Source: Eledone cirrhosa (Eukaryota). Taken from it: a stretch of 64,000 nt of DNA. The notes under the pieces were generated by a model. It saw nothing but the letters and a program-made list of their open reading frames with translations, was not told the origin of the DNA and ran no database searches. Location: the NCBI GenBank assembly GCA_964016885.1, contig OZ024746.1, positions 35,464,001-35,528,000 of the forward strand, given 5' to 3'. Position numbers and translations under genes: made by a program. The stretch's first letter is position 1; each line of letters opens with the position of its first letter. Shown here one piece after another: positions 28,186-42,668 of the stretch.

Positions 28186-30114
28186 TCGAAATCTATCAAA
28201 GGAATATAATAGACACAATCCATGGGGCTGAAAAGGCAGTGAGACAAGATGGCGGCCAAACATTTAGCAGTTTCTAGTCCGGTCGGACGCCTTCATATAT
28301 CCGTATGTGATTGACGGTTGTGAGAATAGGTACACCTGATGTAATCAGAAATATGGTGCAACATGTTTGTACAGCAGTAATGTTTGCTTATCATTGGTGA
28401 TAACTTGTGCCAAGTTTCATTGTCATATTATAATTGATCCAGGAAGAAAGAAGGGGGGAAGGCTCTGAGAGCCACCCTTCAGAATTTACGGAACCCCTAA
28501 AAGGCCCAGGTTTTATAGGTTTAATATACTGCATCTTCTGTAAGAACGATTGGGTTTTAGTCGATGACATTTAGCTTAGCAGGTTCTAAATTGGTGATAG
28601 ATTCTTCTGTTCTGGATAGTTGAAGGTGTTATTTTGATTGTACTCTCATTAATATTTGGTGGTATCTGTATTTGGACGGAAAGTATTGCATTTTTAGTGG
28701 AAAAAAAAATATTGTGATAATATGTGCAGCACGGTTTGATCTATGAGGTGATTAAGTTCCATTTCCTGATCGTATTTTAAAGAGACTTTTAATTAATTAA
28801 ATAAATCTGGAAATGTTCGGCACCAATAAAAAACAACACGGATTAAACCTCTAAATAGAAAGGTATTCGAATAATGAACTAATTAATATATGTACACCCT
28901 AAATCATGAGGCAAGATTGTCGCCTGATATAGTTATGGTTTATTTACGAAAGTACAATCATATTAGTTAAACTTTACGACTAATAAAATAAAAAGCTTTT
29001 TTTTATTTTAATGAAAAACAAAACAAAACAGGAAAGTACCTCGTTCACTATCTCTTGAAGCCTTATACGTTTGATACAATTGAACCTATTTAGGGTTATC
29101 AAAGTATTAATTAAATTTGTATTGGCCACCTTTCCTTCTAATCAATTTAACTGCATGTCATTAATAAAATTACATACAGTTAAATTATATTGGAACTAGA
29201 GTTTTACATAAATTAATCACATTCATTTCAATTTAAGTCAATATAACCTAAATTAGATCCTGATTTAAAGCAAATCAATATATAAAAGTATAACAATTTA
29301 ATAGAGTTATAATGGAATAGTTCTAGATTAAGTTAAATTACATTAAATCAAAGTGTTTAGGACGCAACATGCAACAATGTCCTACATCTAAAATCAAACA
29401 TATGTGAACATGATACATTTAAATAAATAAATTACATAGATTTAAGTTGGGATATTCAAATTAATTTTTACTTCTTTAGCTAGCACATTAATTGTGGTTA
29501 GAGTAAACATTTAGGCTAGAGGATTAGTTACTAGGGACCATGATCAGTAAATTATTACATGTTGTCAGGAGTATAGAGGAAAATATATAGTTGGACAGAT
29601 TTAATATTTTATACTTTCAGGACAGAGTAATCGTTGCATGGATATGCTATAATCATGACTATAAATAAGAATTGATAGTAGTCCACCATAATACATGAAT
29701 AATACATTTAAATTATTTTGCGCCAGATGATTAGGGTAGTAAAACCATCTAACTGCAAACAAACTATACAACTCAATAGGTACAGTCTTCAGATGGTGTA
29801 TTTAAGTGAAGGATATTGTATTTTGTCCAATAGGGTTCGGTTCCATGTCTTGTTGATTGGGCGCCTTTGGTTAGTCGCTAGCGATACAAATAAATTGAAG
29901 AAGGTGTTGAAATTACCTTGTTTAGGGACAACCACTTCAGAGGTGGTTCATCTTCAATATAACACCGAAACTCGGTCCCCGCACACACACATGGAATTCA
30001 ACATGCACCATGGAAGAGTTCCATAATAACGTAGGGAGCTTTTCTTATTATAACATCATGGCTTACTAACCGGAATGACCAATTGTGTCCACTGGTAAAC
30101 TACACAACATAAAT

Positions 30115-30196
<82 letters not shown>

Positions 30197-31692
30197 AGCA
30201 AAGGGATATTTAATTCGTTGGTAATTCAAGAAATATATATATTTATAAATTTATAACAGATTCGAAGCACTCGACAGTTTCCATTTATTAATATCATTGA
30301 TATATATACATATACATATATAATTAGTTACAGCAGTAACATACAGAAGCACTTAAGTTTCTTTATGTTGTATACTCCAACTCTTTCAACCTGTCAACGA
30401 AATTTAAGTAGCTGTATATGTCACTGTTGTAACTCATTTTACTTAAATCCTCCTATGGACTGAGACTCTTACACTTGAATATGTATACCAAATGTATACT
30501 ACAGTATATATATAGTTTGGAACTAGCTATTGAAACGACAAGAGATTAGCCATCGGGATCCGACTCTTTATAATATAACAATTCTCAACTTCTCCAAGTA
30601 TCGAGTACTATGTTGAGCAATGCTCTAACCAGTTTCAAACTGAATCCAACCTGATTTACACACATACACACACACAGATTTTTTAACATTTAAGATATAA
30701 AATCAAAGCACTAGATTCTAGTTAAGATAATGTGTAGTTTATTTAGAAAAAGGTGAACTCCGGTTGGAGTTCAACTCTAGCGTATGATCACTTCCTATCG
30801 GATTGCCAATGTCGGTATACCGCCGGACGAAATACATCTAATATCTACTCTTTACGTACTAGATTCATTATAGTTTAAATAAAATATATTGTAACGTATG
30901 AAACGCCTTTGTTGCTGGCTGACATGGAACAAAACAACACCTAACCACAACAAAAACACATTACCAGACATACTCCTTCACAAAATCGATTCATATAAAT
31001 CAGACAGTTTTATAACAGTGTAACAAATGATTATATTAGAAGTAAAGAAGCTCACCTGGGTCGTTTCATAAAATTTTCTTTTCCTTTTTCACTATTTCCA
31101 TTCTAAGTTGAATCGAAGAAAAGCAGGCATACGCACACGCAGACATAAACATACACACATTCACATACATGATTATATATATACTGAAATATTCACACAC
31201 GCGCCAACGCACGCACAAACTCATGTACAACCACACGCACTCACACAAATACATATACCAAGAAAAAGAAAATCGATAAGACAATTAAGATACAGTTTCG
31301 AAACTGTAATAGACGAAATTGATCACCTATGATCTTTACTGGCATCTCAGCCAAATATATTGAGTAGTCCTTGTAGCCGGGAATAAAGCCAACAAAACTC
31401 CTCCCGATTTAAAAGTAAAACAAAACAAAACAAAACAAAAGAGCACAAAACGCAAAATAAATTGAAACAAAAGAATAATTAAATAAGACTAACAATGAAA
31501 AAGAATACATGAGTAGAACAAGAGAAACGACGAGAAAAGGTCAGATGCGGAAAATTTAATCAATGTTTAAGAAAAACTTGGAAATAATGTAATACTGGAA
31601 ACTTTTAGAATCTAGTCACAATTTTTCACATTTCTCCGTACCTTTATATTTCTCTCTCTCTCCCTCCTCACCCTCTCCCTCTGTATATATAT

Positions 31693-31740
<48 letters not shown>

Positions 31741-31743
<3 letters not shown>

Positions 31744-31840
31744 CGTTTCTGAATTTGTTTAGCAAGATTCTTTATCTGAAAACCTGTGTTGAAACCGATA
31801 TTGTTATATATATATATATATATATATATTGAAACCGATA
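31741..31840 (-). mobile_element. Terminal fragment of family A in (TA)n
   Basis: 31741-31808 is the reverse complement of about 34341-34408; TTGAAACCGATATTGTTA is duplicated. Confidence 0.7.
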
Positions 31841-32003
31841 TTGTTATATATATATACGCATATATATATACTCATATATCCATATATATATACTCAAATT
31901 ACGACGAAAGTTGTTTCACTATTTTAACAGTTTCACATCCTATGCGAATTATATACATACATATATACATATATATATGTGTCTAAATATATATATATAT
32001 ATG

Positions 32004-32045
<42 letters not shown>

Positions 32046-32129
32046 TTTAAGGAACGATCGACTTTCGTTAAATCGGACTGAGGGAACAATGTTTCCGTTG
32101 GTCTTTCCAATTGCTAATACTATCTATCG

Positions 32130-32267
32130 GTCGCAACTCCAGGTAGAAGGAGCAACGTGAAATAAAGTGTCTTGCTCAAGGACATAACGCATCGCCTGGT
32201 CCAGGAATCGAACTCACAACCTTACGATTGTGAATCCAATTCTCTAACCACTCAGCCACACGCATTC
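32130..32267 (-). mobile_element. tRNA-derived SINE family 2
   Basis: GCGTGTGGCTGAGTGGTTAG...GAGTTCGATTCC...GTCCTTGAGCAAGACACTTTATTTCACGTTGCTCC with A and B boxes. Confidence 0.85.
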
Positions 32268-32564
32268 ACTATATATATATATATACATATATACATATAT
32301 ATATATATATACAGTATATACTTATATATATGTACATTATATATGAATAAATGTGTGTGTGTGTGTGAATATCTGTAACTGTGTGTGTATATATATATGC
32401 CCATGTCTGTATTTACACCACTGTGTGCACATGTCCTGTAACTTAGCAGTTCGATAAATAAAGTAATAAAATACCAGATTAAAAAATACATACTGGTGTT
32501 GTATGCGAGTTCCCCGTGCTGATGCTGTAACTTGACATCAAACCAGTGATTGACACAAGTATAA

Positions 32565-32657
<93 letters not shown>

Positions 32658-33283
32658 TAATACAATAACAGAGATAGTTTAAAGCTAAACTCTGACTGGT
32701 AACCATCTCACTCAACAAACATTAGGTTATATTAAAATATAAACCCAATTTAAGTGTTTGGGGTGCTAACAATATGTATAATGTGGAAAAACCACTTGTA
32801 TTATTTTATGAGATATAATTAAAGTTATAGTATATCTCTCTTTCCAAACAATTGTTTCATTATAAGTTTTCTACAAGTTTGGGAGAATGTTTCCAGTTTA
32901 TGTAGAAGCCTAATATATATTCATGTAAGAATATATTTAGGTGGGCACTTATAAATCATCAGTGGAAGCCCATTAAACATTGATATAAGAAAACAATTTC
33001 TTACCGCTGTCAAAAATCATGTCCGTAAAGTAGCTCTCTCCCGCCTCGAATGACCGCCAAATTTGAAATTCGAGCAGTTTTTGACTGAGGAAGTATCATA
33101 GCGACACGTAGCGGGAAGGGGAGACAACTCACGAAATGAGGAAAAACATAATATACACGCGGGTTAATTAGTTATTTCAAAACCAATATTAATTCCTCGT
33201 GTAAAGAACTCAATTAATAAAAGAAAATAAATACATATATGCATGTAATTATATACGTAGGCATATATATATATTTTCCTAGG

Positions 33284-33376
<93 letters not shown>

Positions 33377-33447
33377 TATCTATATGACAGATGGTGATGT
33401 CAGAGCCAAACAAGCGTTCATTAATTAGAGCAAGCAACATGTCGATT

Positions 33448-33785
33448 GGCGGTGGATTGGCAGTATCAGTAGAGGGTCGGATGCCATGCTTTCCAGCATA
33501 GTTACGTCCCTTTACGATCTGAGTTCAAATCCCGCCGAGGTTGACTTTGCCTTTCATCCTTACGGGGTCGATAAAATAAAGTACCAGTAATGCACTGGGT
33601 AATTGCTGGCCTTGTGCCTAAAGTAGAAACAATTAATTAGATCAAGCAACACAGAGTTACAGCCCTTTATGATCTGAGTTCAAATCCCGCTCAGGTTAAC
33701 TTTGCCTTTCATCCTTACGGGGTCGATAAAATACCAGTAATACACTGGGTATTTGCTGACCTTGTGCCAAAAGTAGAAACAATTA
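33448..33785 (+). mobile_element. SINE family 1: full copy plus truncated tandem copy with target-site duplications
   Basis: TTAATTAGA(G/T)CA(AGCAACA) at 33421, 33633 and 33783. Confidence 0.9.
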
Positions 33786-33903
33786 ATTAGAGCATCCCAG
33801 CTTCTGTGCCGTAGGCAAATGAGCTTAACCAGTCAGTGTTCATAAGGAAATATTCTATAAGCTGTGAGCTTATCTTTGTTTTTGCATCCAAGCGAACTTA
33901 ACC

Positions 33904-33943
33904 TCTCTGATGACGGTTCACGAACAGGAAAATGCCGTTAGGG
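33904..33943 (+). ncRNA. Candidate minimal hammerhead
   Basis: CTCT-CTGATGA-CGGTTCACGAACAG-GAAA-ATGCCG-TT-AGGG; stems are imperfect. Confidence 0.5.
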
Positions 33944-34100
33944 TGCTCCTTGGTTTCTAAAAGACCGGTGGTGAAATATACCTCTTCTAAATTTCGTATA
34001 TGATTCAATCTACAAACCTAGTCACACTCACACACACGCATGCACACATATGTATATATTATATATACATATACATGTATATAATATTATATATATATAT

Positions 34101-34410
34101 GGCGTAGGATAGAACAAAGGAGAGGCACAGAAACAAAGAAAGGAATCCCCAGTCACTGAAGAGGTCACATAGTGTGTGACGAAAGAACTTTGACAATATA
34201 TAAACAACTATCTGGTTGTGGAACCAACCAACCAACCAGAAATTTATAAATTTATAAATTTATTATAAATTTATTATAATAAATTGAAGTGAAAGCAAGT
34301 GGTGCGTGTGTTTCTTATTGGCAACATGACCCTCCCAAAGTATAACAATATCGGTTTCAACACACGATTTCAGATAAAGATTCTTGCTAAACAAATCCAG
34401 AAACGAAATA
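34101..34410 (+). mobile_element. PLE terminal-repeat remnant, family A
   Basis: Homologous to 1168-1418; flanked by (TA)n. Confidence 0.75.
34152..34194 (+). ncRNA. Minimal type I hammerhead ribozyme
   Basis: GTCA-CTGAAGA-G-GTCACAT/AGT/GTGTGAC-GAAA-GAAC-TT-TGAC. Confidence 0.85.
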
Positions 34411-34839
34411 GATATATATATATATATATATATATATTCTTATATTATTATTTATATATTCTTTTATTATTTTATTGTTTACTGGTTTCAGTCATTGGCC
34501 ATTCTCAGATTTGTGATTGGTTGGGCTCTGGAAATAGACACTTCAGCGTCCAAAAGCGACAAAGTGAATGTCAGTTGTTTTTGTGGTGTCTGATGATAAG
34601 TATCCCCCACTACCACTGTTCTCCTCGCCGTTCTCTCAACTCTGAACTAAGCTAATGTAATCGGGTCTTATAATTGCACAGTGTTCTCTATAATGTCAGT
34701 TTGTCACTTTGTAAATGACGTATAATTCTTGATAAACTTTCTCACCTTCGAATAGCATATGAACCTGTATATACAACCCTAACTCAGTGCATTTTCTATT
34801 CAATAGTTTAGCTAAAATCGAACATCGTTTATACGATCA

Positions 34840-35030
34840 TAATTGTTTCTACTATTGGCACAAGGCCAGAAATTACCCAGTACATTACTGGTACTTTATT
34901 TTATCGACCCCGTAAGGATGAAAGGCAAAGTTAACCTCGGCGGGATTTGAACTGAGAATCGCAAGGGCCGTAACTCTATGCGTCAAAGCATGGCGTCCGA
35001 ACCTCTACCGATACTGCCAATCCACCGCCC
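34840..35030 (-). mobile_element. SINE family 1 with target-site duplication
   Basis: Full-length reverse copy flanked by ATAC(G/A)ATCATAAT. Confidence 0.9.
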
Positions 35031-35099
35031 ATATACAATCATAATGCAAAATATATAGTAAAATTCTAAAGTATATCTCGCGCCTGGAAGCTCATCAGG

Positions 35100-35345
35100 A
35101 CACCAGTTATTCCGGTTTCAGTGGTGTTAAGTGACAGAGATTATTCCTATTTGGACAGAACTCAAGTTCATCGCAGAGTTAAATTCCCAGTTATAACTGG
35201 TACTCATTTGCATGTCAGTATACTGGAACAACGTGAAATAACGTGCTTTATTCAAGAACACAACATAGAACCCAGTTGAGAAATCAAACCCACGACATTA
35301 TGATTGTAAATTCAACACATTTAACGCTATGTCACTCGCCTTCAC
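35100..35345 (-). mobile_element. Old SINE related to family 2
   Basis: CAACGTGAAATAACGTGCTTTATTCAAGAACACAAC...TCAAACCCACGAC resembles a reverse family 2 copy. Confidence 0.6.
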
Positions 35346-36169
35346 ACCATATACAATGTGCGACTAATACTATAAAAGGCAACAACACACACAAAACAAG
35401 TCAATGGATTAATAAAACTCACATTACACAATTCATACACGGCAGAAGGCACTACTACACTACACTACAGTACACCAACAGAAGAAGAAGAAGAAGAAGA
35501 AGAAGAAGAAGAAGAAGAAGAAGAAGAAGAAGAATGCCAAAAATTATTTTAACTGGTACTGTACACGTATTGAGAATGGCACTATCGATGTGAAAAAGAT
35601 AATTATCTTTGTAAATATTTTACTTAACTTTATTAGATTATATTCCATAATTATGTAAGTTGAAATTAATTGAGCATTCTTATATGATTGAATATCATTC
35701 TGCTGTAAATATGATTGTAACTAGATAATGGGCACATGCATACAGCAAATGATATACTCTGTGTCGTGGAGACACTCCGCAAGAAATGGTAAGAAAACTG
35801 AAGGAAAAGGAAAACCTAATAACAATGATAATAATACAAATTTCTTTACTGACCACAACGACCGACATATAGGGGATATTATAAAATATAGAGATAGTGT
35901 GGGTTTACAAAAATCTGAAACACATTTTCAGATCCTGTAAAGAAATAAAAAAAGATGTGTTCTGATAGATGGTACTAAATCGAATCTATTAATGAGAGGT
36001 GGATTCCACCAACGTTGTATTTGGCCAAGATGTGTGCAAAAGCTACATTTAAACGCAGTAAATTGACATCTAATAACTCGATCTAACTTCATAATTATAC
36101 AACTGTCAAAGAAGGCTTTCATAATTATCTTGGTGTAAACGAAAGGAAAGGGATTCAACACGAGTCAAT

Positions 36170-36500
36170 GGAAGAGAAGATCAGGAAAGAATATTATTGA
36201 CATATTAGAATGGTTCTGAATATTGAGATGAACTCCCAGAATAAAATTAAATATCTATAGAATCAACGGTGCTACTTGTCGAACCATATAGCCTTAATGT
36301 CATCAATTAGAATTTGAGCGAACCCCAGCGTATAGACATACAGACTAGGAAACTGTTGACATTAAACAGGTTGCATCACCCAAAAGTAGATGTCCATTGG
36401 CTCTATCTCCGAAGAAAGGGGAATGACAGGTGTCTAATGCAATTGGAAACATCTACGATAGGACTCCAAATATACATCCAAAGTAAAACCGATTGCATGA
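36170..36500 (+). mobile_element. Degenerate R4/Dong-like non-LTR retrotransposon RT C-terminal fragment
   Basis: IRKEYY*HIRMVLNIEMNSQNKIK and LSEPQRIDIQTRKLLTLNRLHHPKVDVHWLYLRRKGNDRCLMQLE match the HHPKADV.RLYL.RK.GGRGL motif. Confidence 0.8.
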
Positions 36501-36996
36501 TACATGGGCTGGGACAAAACACGACAGTTTGGGTATTTTTCTTGTTAATTGTGTCGTTTAAATTGTTGAAAATAATTTTATTTTCTGACACAAAGTAACT
36601 TTTTATTGTGAAGTGTATGTATTCTATTGAGAAATGGAATTTAGCATAAGAAGAGGTAATATATAACTTAGAATAATGAATGAGGTACAGACATTGAAGT
36701 CGGAGACTTTGACTAGAAACACGCGGACAAATAATTGAGAATAGATGAAACTCACAAATGAAGGCGAAATTATAAATGAGTACTGCAGAAAAAATTAAAC
36801 TATAAGAAATGATCTTAATGTTACAAATACGTTAATAGTTATAAATATAACACATCACTTCAATATAATAATTCGAAGCACTTAAACAGAAAATCAACAT
36901 CAGTAAAAACAATTAGAAACATGCGAAAGGGCACTGTTAATTAAAGTAACGAGACAGACACGATGGAAACCAGAATAATCTGATTATTTCTATATA

Positions 36997-37365
36997 TAAT
37001 TGTTTCTACATTTGACACAAGGCCAGCAAATACCCAGTACATTACTGGTATTTTATTTTATCGACCCCGTAAAGATGAAAGGCAAAGTTAACCTCGGCGG
37101 GATTTGAACTCAGACCGTAAAGGGACGTAACTATGCTGGAAAGCATGGCGTCCGATTATCTACCAATACTGCCAATCCACCGCCCTTTCTATATATAATG
37201 GCGGTGGATTGGCAGTAACAGTAGAGGGTCGGAAACCAAGCTTTGAAGTATAAGTTCAAATCTCATCGAGGTTAACTTTGCCTTTCATACATACGGGGTC
37301 GATAAAATACAGCGCCAGTAATGCACTGGGATAATTGCTGGCCTTGTGCCAAAATTAGAAACAAT
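36997..37365. mobile_element. Head-to-head divergent pair of SINE family 1 (36997-37184 minus; 37199-37365 plus)
   Basis: TTTCTATATAT occurs left of, between and right of the pair. Confidence 0.9.
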
Positions 37366-40300
37366 TATTTCTATATATGGAAACAAAAAGTGCCAACTGT
37401 AAAATAGTGGCACTGACGGAAATGATTTCGATATGGACAATACAAGAAGAAGATTAAAAATGCAAAATACGAAATAACAATGGAATTCTAAAATTTACTA
37501 AAGAGGATATGGAGAGTAAAACCTGTCCATTGCGAGTACCACCAAAGACGTAATAAAGCGGATGTGAGTAGGATGTGAGTAGCCAATAATGGCTTAAAAG
37601 ATCTTAACTAAAAGCATAAATGGAACAGGTTTAGAACTTCATATAAGCTTGATTTTATTTGTCCTCACCAAGAAATCTCAATACGGCTGCAGCATGACGT
37701 AGATAAAATAACCAATATCACTCAAATTACAATATTCTGTCGTAAAATAAAAGGAACGAAACATTAGATAATGTAGTCATGTACCCAGAAACATAAGTAT
37801 GATCCCCTCTTCTAGAATGCTTTTGATCATACGCATACCCAATCAGAAATATCGTGAAGTAAAAGAAAACCAGCACAGGTGGCCTCTTTGTGGTCAATCA
37901 ATCTATTAGAAACAGCAGCCACAATATTTCTCATATCACCTGATATTGTCACAAACATGCTATATTACATATTGTTCTTCTATATTTATTCTCAGGAAGT
38001 AAAAAATAAAGACCGACAGGATGGTCTCATTTGGAACAACTTTGATCATAAGTCTATTTGATCAGTGCTAAACTGAGGCCACATAATCATAAAACCAAAA
38101 ACATCCAAACATTAACATTGCCGTTCTTTTTTATGCCTCTCTAATCAATAATAAATTAGCAAGTTTTTGTGTAATGATGTGGTTTACTTCGACAACAACA
38201 ACAAAGTTATTTAATATTAAATGAGAAAGTTTCTAATGAAACAAAGATTCTGTTAGATAATTTCCCGTTCTATTCAAGATAACTGCTGCGCGACTTCGTT
38301 TTTCATGTAAATGACCAATTGTTTGTAAACTCTGTGTTGCGCACAGCAAGAGATTTGATCGATTAGACTCTCATGTTACATTTGCGTCTATATAAATTGT
38401 CTATATAAATGCTTGTTTTCTCAACTAAGTTACCAGTTATTTAAATTGGAAACTGTAGTAATAAACACAAACGAGCCAAAATAAAAACGAAATAATAATT
38501 GAAAAAATAATAACAAAACAAATGTTATTGCTGTATGATGCAACTCTAGCGTCGAATTTGATATACGGGTGTTAGAATAGTTCAATCAACTATTTAAACT
38601 ATTCCCTCATTAAGACAGTGTATAATGATATATACTCACACAGACACAGACACACAGACACACGCACACACACATTTATATTCATTCATACATAGATACA
38701 TATATATGTACTCACAGGCATATACACACACATATGTATATATTCTGATGAAAGAGAATTGCTTGTAATTGAATCGTTTTATTCAGATGATAACTTCAGT
38801 ATTCGAATCCCAATTGTAAATATGGCCGTTTTTATTGCCAATATATGGCAGCCAGTTTAGAACTACATTGTACCAAAATGCATCTGGAGTGGAAGTAGAA
38901 GCATTCATTTCATCACATTCATTCAATTGTATGGAACAATTATCCTGATACATCACTGGATCTGACAGGTTTCATGGCGGATGGCTAAACGTTATTACTC
39001 TCCGGAAAGCCCTATTTAGAAATTCTACTTGATTGTTTCCGGTAAGAGAGCATGGCTATTGCTTTATTTTAAACAGTATTATTTATTCTAAAAAAGTATA
39101 AATTCGATTGTTCAGTCGGCGTGGAATGAAGTTGGAGCACCAAACATAAAAATATATTTTAACTACACACACAAATGGGAAGGGAAATTTCTATATTCTT
39201 TTATATATCCAAATCCTTTACTACAGAATTAACTGTAGGAAATAAGACGCTTGGAAAGTTTGATATTAAGGAATTGAATAGGAATTGAATAGGAATCTAG
39301 AAAGTATTTGAAAGCTCTAATTTGTAAATAGAGGTTAACATGACATTTTACCACCTTTTCTTACTTTACTTTTAAAACTTACCTTTGCCAAGGAGAAACT
39401 GAGGGCTAAACAATAAGAGCACCAAAAATCAGCTTAATCGAGAAAAAGGTGGCGATTAGAAATTAATTCATTTAAAATATGACAATAAATATGAATAAGA
39501 GCAGCATTTGTAAGATATTTTAATGAACCTTTTCTATGAGTGGCATTGGCTTATGAAATCGTATCCAGAATTGTAGATTAAGGTAAGTTAAGCAAAAGCT
39601 TTATATTCACATGTACTTCGAAAAATACTCAGGGTAATATTTAAAATATAGAATGTGGAAAAACACTCAATTTAGACTGAGTTGCAATACTAATCTGAAA
39701 ACATTGGCGAGGTGAGGGAATGGAAGTTCTTTGCAAACATCATAATTTACGAAAATGGCGATTCTACCTGCGTAAAATAAACTAAGGTTGGTGAACGGTA
39801 ATTGTAGATTTTTAAATCAAATTTCTTTCATATTTCCTTGTTAAAGCGAAAATTGCAGCTCGTGTTGCCCGAAATGCTTCTGCATACACCCACCGTCTTT
39901 TCAGTTATTAATTATCGTACTTTGTTGGACAAATAGTGCTCTCATGGAAAGGGCCAGGACAAAATAGCAATTTTTTTCTATTGTCAACACAATTCTTATT
40001 AAATGCATTATATCACTGATACAGTTCCAAATAAGGTGTTGAAAGGTAAAAGTGATCACTGGTAGATCACTGCATTTTACTGAGTAGTTTTCAGAGAACT
40101 ATTTTGCGTCATTTAACAGTTCCGAAATTCATGAAGAGCTCTCCAAACGTCATTGAGGATATATAGAAAATTAATCTCCAATGATTTTCTCTCGTTACCA
40201 TACGAAATACATAGTTTCGAAGGAGAAATGGTTTGGGTAGAATTGTTAATAAGTTCTGTATTTGTGTAATTGTGATTTTAATCTCAGAAAATAAAAACAA

Positions 40301-40439
40301 CCAAACACATTGTGTTGTTTTATGAATTTGCGAGGGAGTAAAACTATTTTAGTATAAAAACCGATGCAATCTGTATCATGACTGAAAATTGAATGTGAGA
40401 TAGACTTAGGAAGAAGAGTTTGTTAAAGTCGGTTCTAAG

Positions 40440-40640
40440 CTGAAGGATAATCAGGTCGGTGCGCAGCCCCAGTTTCCTTGGCGTTAAACGACTGAGAGTA
40501 CAATATTCTCCCTGGACAGAACACCAGTCTATCACAGGTTTAACTCTGATACTCATTATCAGCTGAGTCTACTGTATTAGCATAAAATAGTGTTTTGCTC
40601 AAGAACCAAACGCAGCAGCCTGTCTATGAATCAAACCAAT
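40440..40640 (-). mobile_element. Old SINE similar to 35100-35345
   Basis: GTGTTTTGCTCAAGAACCAAACGC and CTGGACAGAACACCAGTCTATCACAGG are similar to 35150-35265. Confidence 0.55.
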
Positions 40641-41014
40641 GGTTATTTTCATATTCAGTTGAATTTCATATTTCTAGAAGATAATCTATGAATGCAGTTT
40701 TATAATGTTTCGGGTTTGTGTGTGTAACTAAAATAAGGTGAAAAGGGATGTGGCTATTATTATTAAAGCATGTCAGTTCGGAAGGGCAAGGCCCAGAGTG
40801 TTTCCTGCTTGAATTTGTTTACATAGTTGCCGAATAATTTTATTCGGGTGCAAATAATTCAATTCGAGTAGCAGGTGGAAAGGTGACTGCTTCCTTTGTA
40901 AACAGAGTATAAGATAATGCACCGAAAAGGAAGTAACAACACTGATTTTACACAAATACACACACATACACACGCACCCGCACACGTACACAGACACACA
41001 CACACATACACATT

Positions 41015-41046
<32 letters not shown>

Positions 41047-41047
<1 letters not shown>

Positions 41048-41275
41048 GTATGTAAAAGGTAAACAGAAATAACAACACAACCGGTAGAGTATATGGAAGA
41101 TAGCAGGAAGAGGGTCTTAACATTTCGGACGCGAGTCTTTCATCAGACAGAAGACAGAATGAGAAATAAGATAGATTGAGGGGACGGGCGGGATGGAATT
41201 GGAAAAAAATGTCTTTAGATAAAAATAACAGGTCCATTGATGTTGACATCTCTTGCAAAACTGTTGGTGCTGAGT
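41047..41275 (-). mobile_element. PLE terminal-repeat remnant, family C, with decayed HHR at 41115-41150
   Basis: Homologous to 53102-53345; CTGATGA-A-AGACTCGCGTCC-GAAA-TG-TT-AAGA on the minus strand. Confidence 0.75.
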
Positions 41276-41568
41276 TTTATATATATATATATTCATTTAT
41301 CAAAATGACAGATTAAAGTTTAAGCGAAGAATCGCTGCTTTTACCCTTAACGGGATCTTCTGAAACTGTTTTCAGAAGATCCCATTAATCTTTTATTTTA
41401 ATAAGTATTTGCTCTAGGCTTCTTATATATTTGATATATATTTATCCTTATTGAGCCCTCTTTGGATTTTAGTCTTTAAATTTATTATTATTACTCTCTC
41501 ACGCTCTCTCTCTCTATATATATATAATATCTATGTACACACACATCTCTCCCCCTCTCTCTAATATA

Positions 41569-41742
41569 TAATTGTTTCTACTTGTTGGCACAAGGCCAGC
41601 AATTATACCAGTGTATTATGTTATCGACCCTGTAAGGATGAAAGGCAAAGTTAACCTCGGTGGGATTTGAACTCAGTTCGTAAAGGGACGTAACTGTGCT
41701 ACAAAGCATGGTGTCCGACCCTCTACCGATACTGCCAATCCA
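41569..41742 (-). mobile_element. SINE family 1
   Basis: Reverse family sequence flanked by CTCTCT(A/T)ATATATAAT duplication. Confidence 0.88.
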
Positions 41743-42514
41743 TCTCTCTTATATATAATGGGAGTTAGATCGATACAATGTTAAAACCATAGAAGCCATC
41801 GCAATCCTCACAATGATTTTTCTGCAGAACTGGTCTATGATAATACGTGCGAAAAGAGCATTTTTCAGAGCATACGTATTGTGCTATCTTCACAAGAAAG
41901 CAAAGCCCTAATAGAAAATATTAAGGCAACAACGATCGAAGAAATCTAAGAGGTTTAATATTTTAACGAAGAAAAAAAAATACTTACATTTCAGCCCCTG
42001 GACCAGAGCGGGTTTGACCCATGAACACATTTGCTAATTACAAGTATTGAACATTTATACCCGTCAAATTAGGAGTTGCGTCTCATCAACAGGTCGTCGA
42101 AATAATAGCCAAACATTTCCCGTCATATATAGAGAGAGATGAGGCAAAGTTGGCTATGCCTCCGTGTTTCATTAAAACTGCTAAAATGTTTGCAGTATCT
42201 GACAAGAATAGGCTAAGCTAGTTTAGCGAGAAGATGCTAAAAATGACAGCATTTTGCTCGACCAACAGAAGAAACTAATCCGATCAAATCCTAGTATTAG
42301 GAAATAAAACGGGGATTGAGGTCGATGCAATGCTTAAAGCAAAGACGGTATCAAAATCATTCCCATGTTATTTCCTACTGAACTACTCGATTATAACTGA
42401 GTGCGTTCTGTTCGCAAGATAACTATACCCGAATAGAAAATATTAAGGCTGATAAAAATCAAAGAAATAAAAGAAATCTAAGAAATTTAACTATATATAT
42501 ATATATATATATAT

Positions 42515-42598
<84 letters not shown>

Positions 42599-42606
42599 AT
42601 ATGTAT

Positions 42607-42637
<31 letters not shown>

Positions 42638-42668
42638 AAGAAAAAGAGATGAAATCGAAAATGCAACT

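Noticed and set aside
28400-28524. DNA-transposon-like end finishing in TTAA
   Set aside because: No matching opposite terminus was found in the window.
31770-31806. CTGAAAA...GAAAC as a hammerhead
   Set aside because: C3-A8 mismatch and no stem II.
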